A stretch of 52,142 nt of DNA from a virus (taxonomy: Duplodnaviria > Caudoviricetes): IMG/VR virus record IMGVR_UViG_3300000525_000005, positions 1 through 52,142 of that record. The stretch is one strand, 5' to 3'. Positions 17,776 through 26,213 of the stretch are shown in pieces (within the stretch, counting starts at the first letter, position 1; each line of letters begins with the position of its first letter). The notes under the pieces are model-generated. The model did not search any database, was not told where the DNA came from, and saw only the letters and a list, made by a program, of their open reading frames with translations. Both the position numbers and the translations under genes were made by a program.

Positions 17776-18972
17776 TCAGGATATTCCATAGTTGGATTGT
17801 CTAACGATAGTAGCAAGCTCTTGAACATTATCACGCTTCTCTACTACAGCATCAGACTGATACAGTTGGTTTAAGATATCATCAATGATAGTACTCTCTA
17901 CTAGATCACCCATAATATCTGCGTATACTCTTCTCATTTGATTACAGTTAACTGGTGAACATGCGAAACTATCATGTATGGTAATGATTTCAAAAGGTTT
18001 ATGTTTTAAACTCATCTCAATCATACGTATAAGTGCTGCACGCATAGCAGGTGGGTAGGTAGCCATAGTACGTATATCTACTTCATCTAACATAGTCATA
18101 TCAACTATATTAGTCTCTTCATATCTACGTGATTGAACAGACTCTTCATTAGAAATATAAGCTGTCTTTAAATACTTTAATGCATCATTAAGCTTACGTG
18201 GTGAGTAGTTGCAACGTCTAATAAGTGTACGTAATACATAGGCATCAATACTGTGTACTACGTTAGATATAAGGGATACACCCTTTTCTGTAGACTCAAT
18301 GACTTGTACCCTAACTACTGGTGTATATCGTAGTTCTTCTACATGTACTTTAGTTTCTATTGTAGTAGTAACTGGTACTACTGCTTGATGACCGTCAGGT
18401 AATGCCCATGAGTTTATATCTACATCTGGATTCCAAGCATTACGTAGTAACTCTAGTAACTCATAAGCTCCTGGACACTCTCTCTCAAGGGTTTCAAAGA
18501 ATTGTGGTAGTAAGTCCCCAAAGATCTCTTTAGGGACCTTGACAGAGCCGTAGAATCCCTTCATTACCGCACTCTTAGCCTCAGCTCTTGATATTTCAAT
18601 GTCTTCGTCCATATGTTCATTCATAGACTGTGTTAGTAGAGTATAAGCATCTGTCCTCTTATTAGGTAGTACAAGCCCTGTAAGCGTACAACCTGCTTTA
18701 CAACCCATTACTGCTGACATTATCTGTAAGCCACTACAGATAGCATCTAGGGCTACTGTGTGACCTACTTCCTGACCTTGTTGGGTCTGTCTTAAAGCAT
18801 TGACTGCTTTCATATATAGATAAGGCTCATCTGCTATAGTAGATAGCAATTCTAAATCGTCTATGTTCTTTTTGACCCATTCAATACGATCTTCATACTC
18901 CATTTTGTCATGTCCGAAGTAATTTGCGATGTCTATGGCTAGGTACTGCATTGGATTGTATTCATTAAACAT
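17776..18972 (-). CDS. RNA polymerase II subunit 2 (N4 gp16-like)
   Basis: YLAIDIANYFG.DK, LDAICSGLQ, RAEAK...FYGS, NVVHSIDA, TIHDSF. Confidence 0.93.
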   Translation of the reverse strand: MFNEYNPMQYLAIDIANYFGHDKMEYEDRIEWVKKNIDDLELLSTIADEPYLYMKAVNALRQTQQGQEVGHTVALDAICSGLQIMSAVMGCKAGCTLTGLVLPNKRTDAYTLLTQSMNEHMDEDIEISRAEAKSAVMKGFYGSVKVPKEIFGDLLPQFFETLERECPGAYELLELLRNAWNPDVDINSWALPDGHQAVVPVTTTIETKVHVEELRYTPVVRVQVIESTEKGVSLISNVVHSIDAYVLRTLIRRCNYSPRKLNDALKYLKTAYISNEESVQSRRYEETNIVDMTMLDEVDIRTMATYPPAMRAALIRMIEMSLKHKPFEIITIHDSFACSPVNCNQMRRVYADIMGDLVESTIIDDILNQLYQSDAVVEKRDNVQELATIVRQSNYGIS

Positions 18973-18996
18973 AGGTATTTTCCTTTATGTATTGGT

Positions 18997-19251
18997 TTAA
19001 CTAATGCAGAAGCCTTCAAAAGGTCTAACTGAAAACATTTTTGATAATTTTAGTTTTACTGATTTATCATTTAAAACTTCTGAGGGTGTGAAGTCAGTTG
19101 AGAATTGCATGGACAGTATAAATTGCTTATTTACATGATAAGTAGTAAGTACTTCTACTTGCCATGTAGTAGTGTCCTTAAGGATAACGTTGACTGTCAC
19201 ACCTGCGGATTCTAACGCTGTATAAAATGTTGGGTAGCATATAGTAGCCAT
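18997..19251 (-). CDS. Hypothetical early protein
   Basis: 84 aa, AAGGAG RBS. Confidence 0.6.
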   Translation of the reverse strand: MATICYPTFYTALESAGVTVNVILKDTTTWQVEVLTTYHVNKQFILSMQFSTDFTPSEVLNDKSVKLKLSKMFSVRPFEGFCIS

Positions 19252-19289
19252 AAAGATACTCCTTAATATGTGTGGGTACGAGCTACCGC

Positions 19290-19526
19290 CTAACGGCTAT
19301 AGCTCTCATTCATTTGTTGTCTTAATATAGTGATATAAGCAGAGTGTGAGAAGAACAGCTTTAGGTTTAACATCCACTCTGAGTTAGCACGTGTTAAGAA
19401 TGTTACATCCCTATCGTGTAATGGAAATGAGACATAGGCTGTCACTTTCCCATCTATACCTACAGGATAGATATTATGTGTTTTTAATTTATATAGTTTT
19501 CTTACTTCTTTCCTAGTGAATATCAT
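19290..19526 (-). CDS. Hypothetical early protein
   Basis: 78 aa, AGGAG RBS. Confidence 0.6.
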   Translation of the reverse strand: MIFTRKEVRKLYKLKTHNIYPVGIDGKVTAYVSFPLHDRDVTFLTRANSEWMLNLKLFFSHSAYITILRQQMNESYSR

Positions 19527-19537
19527 TATAATTCTCC

Positions 19538-19756
19538 TTAATACTTTAATTCTCTAATTTCAAATGAGTCATATGGGAAGCGATCCTCACACATATCTTT
19601 TAATTCTTGGGCCAATTCCTTTTGATTTAAGAATGTAGCTGAACTGGGTGCCACATCAAGCATGATGATGGTTCTATTACTGGATGACATACCTCTATCT
19701 ATATTTAGTACGAATTTACCTGTACCACTAACTACACCATAGAATACATTTTCCAT
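19538..19756 (-). CDS. Hypothetical early protein
   Basis: 72 aa, coupled to the RNAP1 stop. Confidence 0.6.
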   Translation of the reverse strand: MENVFYGVVSGTGKFVLNIDRGMSSSNRTIIMLDVAPSSATFLNQKELAQELKDMCEDRFPYDSFEIRELKY

Positions 19757-20676
19757 TATAACTCTCCCGTTATTAACTCTTTCTTCTTTAGGTTAAAACT
19801 GGCCTTCTCGTATCCAGTTCCTTGGGTATTAAAATGATAACCCTGTGCGTATAGTCTCCCTCTTTTGTCGGGTTTGTGGGTTAGGTAAACTGTCCTGTCT
19901 TTGATGATATTCTTAAGATGATTAAACTGTTCTAAGTAACGGTCATAAGTGAGCATACTATTATGGTAAGACTCCCTATCTTTGTGTGACATTCTTGCTA
20001 ACTCATTAACAGCTATCTCCTTTTTATTAAATGGTTTAGTCATGTCAGTTATGAATGTATCTAGTACATACTCATTAGCATTCATAGTATTGATTACATC
20101 TAGACTGATATTCCCTGAATGGTCGTTATCCCTACCACCTAGGATTACTGTGTCCTTATTGATGGTCTTATAACCACTCTCACTATTACTAGTGAGTAGT
20201 TGTGGTCTTTCTACCATCGGAGGTAGATAACATCCCACGTATATCTGTCTCTGTAGCTCGTCAGAAGGCTTTACCAGTGATTGTATGATGTATGTACCAC
20301 CAATACTCTTATCAAGCCCATATAGCCCTACAGGAACTAATAGAGCTATTAAGTCACATACCAGTTGTATGTTATCTAATTTGGTAAGGTCATGAGATAA
20401 GTTAACCATTCCACCCACTGATATTAGTGGCAATCCTTTACTACAGTGGAGAGTAATAGTAGTGAATATTTCTACTGCTATATCCTCTAGGTGATGATAT
20501 CTAATAGCATCTTTTCTGCGTTCATGACTGCCCCACTTTGTCTCCATCATCCAGTCTTTTAGTACTAGGACTGCATGGTCTATATGAGTCATTAAGTCTT
20601 CTACTAACTCTAGTCTTACTGCCTCTTTCACATGCTGTTTATGTAGTAGATGTTCTACCTGATTTTGACTTATCAT
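19756..20676 (-). CDS. RNA polymerase II subunit 1 (N4 gp15-like)
   Basis: YLPPMV..P, SGY, ISLDVIN.MN, YLTHKPDKRGRLYAQGYH.N.QG; start revised to ATG 20676. Confidence 0.92.
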   Translation of the reverse strand: MISQNQVEHLLHKQHVKEAVRLELVEDLMTHIDHAVLVLKDWMMETKWGSHERRKDAIRYHHLEDIAVEIFTTITLHCSKGLPLISVGGMVNLSHDLTKLDNIQLVCDLIALLVPVGLYGLDKSIGGTYIIQSLVKPSDELQRQIYVGCYLPPMVERPQLLTSNSESGYKTINKDTVILGGRDNDHSGNISLDVINTMNANEYVLDTFITDMTKPFNKKEIAVNELARMSHKDRESYHNSMLTYDRYLEQFNHLKNIIKDRTVYLTHKPDKRGRLYAQGYHFNTQGTGYEKASFNLKKKELITGEL

Positions 20677-20683
20677 ACATATA

Positions 20684-20899
20684 TCACCCTTTATGTTTGT
20701 TTCTATATGAAGTGACAATGTTATATTTACTACGATAGTGTTTACCGTATTCTACTGCCACATCAATAGCTCTATAACCTTCTGAGAGTGCTTCACGAAT
20801 ACATGTGATATCAATAGCATCATATGTAAGTCCCATTAGATCTAGGTGAGATTTAATATACTCTCTCTGTTTCTTAATCTCTTTGGCTTTAGTATTCAT
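20684..20899 (-). CDS. Hypothetical early protein, paralogue of 20913-21117
   Basis: A.EI...I..HLD...L...I..I...LS.GY...DV.V.Y shared with neighbour. Confidence 0.65.
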   Translation of the reverse strand: MNTKAKEIKKQREYIKSHLDLMGLTYDAIDITCIREALSEGYRAIDVAVEYGKHYRSKYNIVTSYRNKHKG

Positions 20900-20912
20900 A
20901 AGTATTACCTTA

Positions 20913-21117
20913 TTAAGTTATTAAGTTATTAATACGTACTGTTCTAGCGTAGGCTACTACTACATCTAATACCGTGTATCCTGGACTTAGTACCATATAG
21001 ATACTACTAATTTCCTCAGGACTGTGTTCAAGGTTTAGTTGGTCTAAATGCTTGATAATATCTGTATAGTGCTTGGTTCTAATTTCAGCTGCTTGGCTTT
21101 CTAATGTGGGTGTCATA
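20913..21117 (-). CDS. Hypothetical early protein, paralogue of 20684-20899
   Basis: Start revised to MTPTLESQ behind AGGA. Confidence 0.65.
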
Positions 21118-21184
21118 CTATTTCCTAATGATTTAATCGCACACAAGGGGCACAAATGCCCCATATTTAATTAGATAAGTACCA

Positions 21185-21202
21185 CCCCAAGCCCGTCAGG
21201 GC
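21185..21202 (-). promoter_or_regulatory. Putative vRNAP hairpin promoter 3 (template on + strand)
   Basis: ccccaa-gccc-GTCA-gggc. Confidence 0.7.
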
Positions 21203-21336
21203 CAGTGGAGCAATAGGTACTGTCTGATCTCTAGTAGTGTCTGTTCCCTTCAGGCAATATAACTGACCACATCTTTTCGTGGTCACCATTGCCTTAAAGA
21301 GCAATACACGGTGTTTTGTGTATTGATTGTGGTTAT

Positions 21337-21417
21337 CTATTTAGGGTCAGTGAAGTATGCTGCTATCCCTAGAGTGAGTAGGAATGCACCAAAGACTACT
21401 AATATTAATACGAGCAT
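21337..21417 (-). CDS. 26-aa single-TM peptide (not in ORF track)
   Basis: MLVLILVVFGAFLLTLGIAAYFTDPK*, AAGGAG RBS. Confidence 0.6.
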   Translation of the reverse strand: MLVLILVVFGAFLLTLGIAAYFTDPK

Positions 21418-21420
21418 GTA

Positions 21421-21558
21421 CTACTCCTTAACTAGTAAAGGGATAACTACTAGTACACACCAGCCATCAGCACGAGCTAGACTAGATGCTTCGTATGTAG
21501 ATAGAGCATTGTACTGGGTGTAGACACCACAACGTGTTATTACGCTATATGTTTTCAT
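21421..21558 (-). CDS. Small early protein
   Basis: MKTYSVITRC... 45 aa, AAGGA RBS; start revised. Confidence 0.55.
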   Translation of the reverse strand: MKTYSVITRCGVYTQYNALSTYEASSLARADGWCVLVVIPLLVKE

Positions 21559-21585
21559 AAGGTATTTCCTTAATGATTGATAGAT

Positions 21586-21620
21586 AAAAGAATGACCACA
21601 CACCCGAAGGTATGTAGTCA
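21586..21620 (-). terminator. Intrinsic terminator with UUCG loop
   Basis: Minus strand tgactacatacc-ttcg-ggtgtgtggtca-ttctttt; G-U pairs fix the strand. Confidence 0.8.
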
Positions 21621-21640
21621 GTAGTCAGTTTAGTATCAGG

Positions 21641-21937
21641 TTATGCAATAGATGCCATAATTGAATCTAGGTCAAGTTCTGTTTTAATTTTAGAACTAAC
21701 TCCTGCTTCACGGTAATAAGCATCTGCAATGGCTGAACCAAATGCTGCTTGTGCAAACTTCTCGTTAGCTTGACATTTCTCAATGATATCGTCTTGATCA
21801 TCTATAATCATAAATCCAATCTGGTCAACTGGAGCTACTGAACCTTTACGGTATAGATTGATGTAATGTTTAGCTGGAGTACGGTCACTGTTGTTAGTAG
21901 TGGGAGTATTGGTATTATTTGAGGTTAAACGTGCCAT
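21641..21937 (-). CDS. Putative ssDNA-binding RNAP II cofactor (Drc/gp2-like)
   Basis: Low-complexity N-terminus then AKHYINLY...QIGFMII; early position with its own hairpin promoter and terminator; start revised. Confidence 0.5.
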   Translation of the reverse strand: MARLTSNNTNTPTTNNSDRTPAKHYINLYRKGSVAPVDQIGFMIIDDQDDIIEKCQANEKFAQAAFGSAIADAYYREAGVSSKIKTELDLDSIMASIA

Positions 21938-21974
21938 GATGGTATTCCTTTGATTGAAGAACAAGATTGTCCTA

Positions 21975-21992
21975 CACCAAAACCGTCAGGTT
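21975..21992 (-). promoter_or_regulatory. Putative vRNAP hairpin promoter 2
   Basis: caccaa-aacc-GTCA-ggtt. Confidence 0.75.
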
Positions 21993-22143
21993 AATCTGTT
22001 TAGATAGGTAGGCTAGGATTGGACAGAGTAGTAAGTACAGTCTCCCGCAGAAGATGGATCTGTCAAGAACCTGTAAGCTACGCTAGTGTACCTGTCCTGT
22101 CCAAGCCTTGTGTCTTGTGTCGTAGTACATTGTGTCGTAGTAG

Positions 22144-22170
22144 AACTACCACTCCGAAGAGTGATAGCTG
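22144..22170 (-). terminator. UUCG hairpin, weak terminator
   Basis: Minus strand gctatcactc-ttcg-gagtggtagt just after a stop codon; poor U tract. Confidence 0.55.
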
Positions 22171-22174
22171 ATAG

Positions 22175-22393
22175 CTATGAATCCATGAGATCATTGATGA
22201 TTTGATTGACATCTTTCTCTGGCATACCTGCATCTGAATCCATGAATATCTTGTACTTAGTAGCTGCCTCGTTACGAGACTGAGCTAGCCCTAACATGGT
22301 CTGGTCTGCGACAATTTCTAATGACTTAGATGCTTTGTTTACAACGCCAAAGATAGACATGAGTGCTGATAAGAATGCGGTGAATGCTTGCAT
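22175..22393 (-). CDS. First early gene, hypothetical
   Basis: 72 aa, AAGGAG RBS, directly downstream of hairpin promoter 1. Confidence 0.7.
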   Translation of the reverse strand: MQAFTAFLSALMSIFGVVNKASKSLEIVADQTMLGLAQSRNEAATKYKIFMDSDAGMPEKDVNQIINDLMDS

Positions 22394-22430
22394 GATATTA
22401 CTCCTTGAGTTAACAACGGATTGTTGTCTA

Positions 22431-22448
22431 CACCAAGAGCGTCAGCTC
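22431..22448 (-). promoter_or_regulatory. Putative vRNAP hairpin promoter 1
   Basis: caccaa-gagc-GTCA-gctc. Confidence 0.75.
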
Positions 22449-22700
22449 CATCTGTTAGATAGATAGAACTCTTTGAGTTGTCAGCTTGCTGGCAATGTAT
22501 TGAATTGTGGAAAGTGAGTAAGAATCATTAATTTAGATGGAAAGTGAGGGGGGGTAGTTTGGGTTTTTGGATCTGGAAGTAAGAACCACTAAACTCACAC
22601 AGTATTTTTATAATTTTGAAAAAGTTGATGAAAAGTTGAATCCCTATAAGTATCCCTAAAATTCTGAAATAATTTTGGTACTAATCCCACCATAAGGTAG

Positions 22701-22721
22701 TCTGTCTACAATACTTATAAT
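22701..22721 (+). promoter_or_regulatory. Putative late promoter -10 region
   Basis: TCTGTCTACAAT followed by TATAAT; near-identical TCTGTGTACAAT precedes the vRNAP gene. Confidence 0.4.
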
Positions 22722-22735
22722 CTCGTAGGAGAGAC

Positions 22736-23431
22736 ATGACTACGTTATCCACAGAAGTTCTAGAAAGAGCTCTACCTGATAAGTTTAAGAGCAGTTTGAA
22801 TCAGGAACTCCTAGATCTTATAAATACAACTCTAAGTGATCCAGATTTACAGGAGACTTATAGAGATAACTTTCTCAGTTATATAGATATCTTAAATGAA
22901 GGTAGATTTAAAATAACTGATTACCTAAGTGCAGTTAAATACACCACCCATAAACTCATGGGGAATACTAATATAGATTCCTACATGAAGACCTTCCCTG
23001 ATAGATATACAGATATGTTAAGAAGAGGATTATCTAATAAAGATATGTCTTCTATTATCACTGTATATAATAAATCTAAATTGGTTAATCTTATAATGGC
23101 CCAGTCTATTATACCTTCCTGGATTATTAACCAACATCACTATCAAGACGCTATTAATCATCAAGCTTATTTAATGATTCATGCTAATAGTGAGAAGGTT
23201 CAAAGTGACGCAGCCAACAGCATCATGACTCAACTCAAACCACCAGAAGTAGCTAAGGTGGAGATTGATATTGGTGTTAAAGATAATGACCTTATTAGTG
23301 AGTTAAGAGAAACCACAATTAAAATGGCATCACAACAATTGAGATTAATTGAAGGTGGTGTTATTACAGCCAAAGGTGCTGCTGAGCAGCAAGTCATTGA
23401 GAGGAGGGTTTATGAAGACGATGATGAATAA
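22736..23431 (+). CDS. N4 gp69-like protein, putative terminase small subunit
   Basis: AVKY...KLMG.., KTFP.RY, YNKSKLVN, SEKV.SDAANSI; upstream of TerL. Confidence 0.75.
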   Translation: MTTLSTEVLERALPDKFKSSLNQELLDLINTTLSDPDLQETYRDNFLSYIDILNEGRFKITDYLSAVKYTTHKLMGNTNIDSYMKTFPDRYTDMLRRGLSNKDMSSIITVYNKSKLVNLIMAQSIIPSWIINQHHYQDAINHQAYLMIHANSEKVQSDAANSIMTQLKPPEVAKVEIDIGVKDNDLISELRETTIKMASQQLRLIEGGVITAKGAAEQQVIERRVYEDDDE

Positions 23432-23612
23432 TATTATTAGAGACACAGAAGCACAGTTACTAGTAGCTTTGATGATTTCTACTTATATAATCTATGATCT
23501 AAAAGATAGTATTTTATGGTTAGTTATCTTATTAATATGGTTTATTAACTTTGCATTAAGGGCTTCTTATTTAAGCGTCAAAGCCACAGGCGGTGACGCT
23601 AATGGAGAATAA
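23424..23612 (+). CDS. Small membrane protein (start uncertain)
   Basis: Two hydrophobic segments, overlapping both flanking genes. Confidence 0.5.
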   Translation: MNNIIRDTEAQLLVALMISTYIIYDLKDSILWLVILLIWFINFALRASYLSVKATGGDANGE

Positions 23613-26202
23613 AACTGGAGTAAGTAGGTTTAAGCGTAAAGAGATAGGTGAGTGGTTAAAAGAGGTAGATTACTCTGATGACCCTAACTATATTCCTAGT
23701 AGTTTTGCACTAGAGTTTATTACTTTTATTAAATTGGTTAATGGTGGTGAAGGGGAGGAGAACGTATCCCCTGTTATCCACTTAAAGATGTTGGACAAGT
23801 TAGATGGGGATATTAGAAACGTAGCTAATATGATCTTTCGTGGTGCTGGTAAGACTACGTTAATGGCTGAGTATCTTATTCTATTCTTAGCAGTGTATGG
23901 ACGCTTGCCCGCCTTTGGGCGGGTCAAGCTAGTCCTATATGTATCAGATAGTATTGATAACGGTGTTAAGTCAATGAGAAAAAACTTAGAATCTCGTTGG
24001 GAAAGTAGTGATTTTCTACAGAAGTATTTACCTAAGAGTGGTCTTAAGCTAACTGATATTAGGTGGGAATTTAAGAACATTAATGGCACTAAGTTTGTTG
24101 TTAAAGGTTATGGCGCTAAAGCATTGCCATTATCATCTAAGTTATATACTGAAGATGGTTTCACCACTATTGGGGACTGCTCTATTGGAGATATGATTTA
24201 TAGTCCTGAGGGTGATTTGAGAGAGATTACCCAGAAGAGTGAGATATTCAATAAACCTATGTACCGCATTAAGCTTAGAGATGGTAGGTCTATTGATGTT
24301 AGTGATGATCATATTAATAGTGTGGTTTTAAACACTAATCCCAATAATATAGCTAGATATGAAGAATATGACATATCTACTAAAGACTTAATGGAGCAGA
24401 AGTTATGGCATAGAAGAGGTTACGATTTAGCATTTATTAAGAATACTGATCCAGTAAAATATACTGAGAAAAAGTTACCTATTGATCCTTATACTCTTGG
24501 TTTGTTGTTAGGTGATGGGAGTATTAAGAGTAACGGAGCTAGTGTTCTACACTGCCATAAAGATGATTGGGAATTCTATAAGACACAGATACCTTATAGG
24601 TTAGGTAGTCAATACGTGGATAAGAGAAATACTAATGTCATGTCTATCAGTATTATGGACTTAAATAAGCATACTTTAGACTTAGGTATTAGAGGTCATG
24701 GTGACTTTAAGTTTATCCCTGATATGTACCAAAGAGGTAGTATTTCACAAAGGTTGAGCTTAGTTCAGGGCTTAATGGATACAGATGGTACAGTACTCCC
24801 TAACGGTAGATGTCAGTACACAAGTAACTCTAAAAAATTAGTAGATGGTTTAGCAGAACTTGTACGCTCGTTAGGTGGTACAGCACATATTTCTTGTAGA
24901 CTTAAATACTATAAAATAGAGGTTACTTTAAATACTATGAACTGTGCTCGTATACCTCGTAAAGCCAGTCGTATTAAGCCTAAAGAACGTTATAGAAATA
25001 TGATAGGTATTGAGAGCATTGAACCTATTGAAAGTGTTCCTAGTCAGTGTATAGCTATAGATAGCGACTCTCATCAATACTTAACTGAGGGTTATACACG
25101 TACCCATAATACTGGTATTCGTGGTGTTAAGGAAATGGGGACCAGGCCACAAATGGCCATCATGGATGATTTAGTATCTAACGATGATTCCCGATCACCC
25201 ACTGTTATTCAGGCCATTAAAGATACAGTAGGTCAGGCTATTAAGTATGCACTTCATCCTAAGAGATCTAAATGTATATGGCTTGGTACTCCTTTTAATG
25301 CTAATGATCCTTTATATGAGGCAATGGAGTCTGGTGCATGGGATGTAAGTGTTTATCCTATATGCGAGAAGTTCCCTTGTAGTAGGGAGGAGTTTAGAGG
25401 TGCGTGGGAAGATAGGTTTGATTATGATTACGTAGAGCTCATGTACGAGGAGTCTCTGGCCCAAGGTCAGGTTAACGGTTTCTACCAAGAGCTTATGCTA
25501 CAGATTATGTCTGATGAAGATAGGCTGGTATTAGATAATGATATTAAATGGTTTACCTTGTCGCATCTTATGGATAATAGGAGTAGCTTTAATTTCTACA
25601 TTACTACTGATTTTGCAACCAGTGAGAAGGAGTCTGCTGACTTTAGTTTCATTAGTGTTTGGGCCGTTAATAATAAAGGAAGTTATTATTGGGTAGATGG
25701 TATTTGTAAAAGACAGACAATGGACGTTAATATAGATAATCTGTTTCAGTTTGCTGTTAAATATAAACCGTTATCAGTAGGTGTAGAAGTATCAGGACAA
25801 CAGGGTGGTTTCATTTCTTGGATAGAAAGAGAGATGATGAGTAGGAATATTTATTTCTTATTAGCTTCTAGTAGTAATGAAAGTAAAGCAGGTATTAGAC
25901 CAACAGGTACTAAGCTTGAAAGGTTTAACGTGGCAGTACCAGATTTTAAACTAGGAAGATTTCATTTTCCGATTGAAAAGAAGTTAACAGTTCCAGTAAA
26001 AGAAATGCTATTAGAAATTAGTCAGGCCTCTATTGGCGGTTTCAAGAGCAAGCATGATGATGCTTTAGATACCGTTTCTATGTTGTCTCTTATGCAAATA
26101 TGGCTACCTAGTGAGGAGTCAAAATGGAAAAGGGCAGGGGATAACATATGGGGATTAGAAGCAGAAGAATCTTATTCAACTCTAAACAGTTACATCGTCT
26201 AA
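23602..26202 (+). CDS. terL: Terminase large subunit containing an intein
   Basis: FRGAGKTT, RPQMAIMDD, GTPFN, TTDFATSE, KHDD.LDT; start revised to ATG 23602. Confidence 0.93.
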   Translation: MENKTGVSRFKRKEIGEWLKEVDYSDDPNYIPSSFALEFITFIKLVNGGEGEENVSPVIHLKMLDKLDGDIRNVANMIFRGAGKTTLMAEYLILFLAVYGRLPAFGRVKLVLYVSDSIDNGVKSMRKNLESRWESSDFLQKYLPKSGLKLTDIRWEFKNINGTKFVVKGYGAKALPLSSKLYTEDGFTTIGDCSIGDMIYSPEGDLREITQKSEIFNKPMYRIKLRDGRSIDVSDDHINSVVLNTNPNNIARYEEYDISTKDLMEQKLWHRRGYDLAFIKNTDPVKYTEKKLPIDPYTLGLLLGDGSIKSNGASVLHCHKDDWEFYKTQIPYRLGSQYVDKRNTNVMSISIMDLNKHTLDLGIRGHGDFKFIPDMYQRGSISQRLSLVQGLMDTDGTVLPNGRCQYTSNSKKLVDGLAELVRSLGGTAHISCRLKYYKIEVTLNTMNCARIPRKASRIKPKERYRNMIGIESIEPIESVPSQCIAIDSDSHQYLTEGYTRTHNTGIRGVKEMGTRPQMAIMDDLVSNDDSRSPTVIQAIKDTVGQAIKYALHPKRSKCIWLGTPFNANDPLYEAMESGAWDVSVYPICEKFPCSREEFRGAWEDRFDYDYVELMYEESLAQGQVNGFYQELMLQIMSDEDRLVLDNDIKWFTLSHLMDNRSSFNFYITTDFATSEKESADFSFISVWAVNNKGSYYWVDGICKRQTMDVNIDNLFQFAVKYKPLSVGVEVSGQQGGFISWIEREMMSRNIYFLLASSSNESKAGIRPTGTKLERFNVAVPDFKLGRFHFPIEKKLTVPVKEMLLEISQASIGGFKSKHDDALDTVSMLSLMQIWLPSEESKWKRAGDNIWGLEAEESYSTLNSYIV
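24121..25110 (+). mobile_element. 330-aa intein with LAGLIDADG endonuclease, Ala1, class 3-like
   Basis: GYGAK|ALPLSSKLYTEDG ... LGLLLGDG ... QGLMDTDG ... SQCIAID ... TRTHN|TGIRG. Confidence 0.92.
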
Positions 26203-26213
26203 GGAATAAAATA

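Noticed and set aside
18391-18400. acc-GTCA-ggt hairpin resembling the promoter motif
   Set aside because: Inside RNAP2 coding sequence (LPDGH), only a 3-bp stem and no CCAA lead-in
21938-21964. Upstream starts for ORFs ending at 21641, 21421, 20913 and 19756
   Set aside because: They overlap promoters, terminators or neighbouring genes; downstream ATGs have clear RBSs
21185-22448. CRISPR-like array from recurring hairpins
   Set aside because: Copies are 450-800 nt apart with genes between them and variable stems; no regular spacers and no cas genes
21200-22700. tRNA genes or a hammerhead-type ribozyme in the intergenic hairpins
   Set aside because: No cloverleaf with a T-loop and no CUGAUGA/GAAA core recognised
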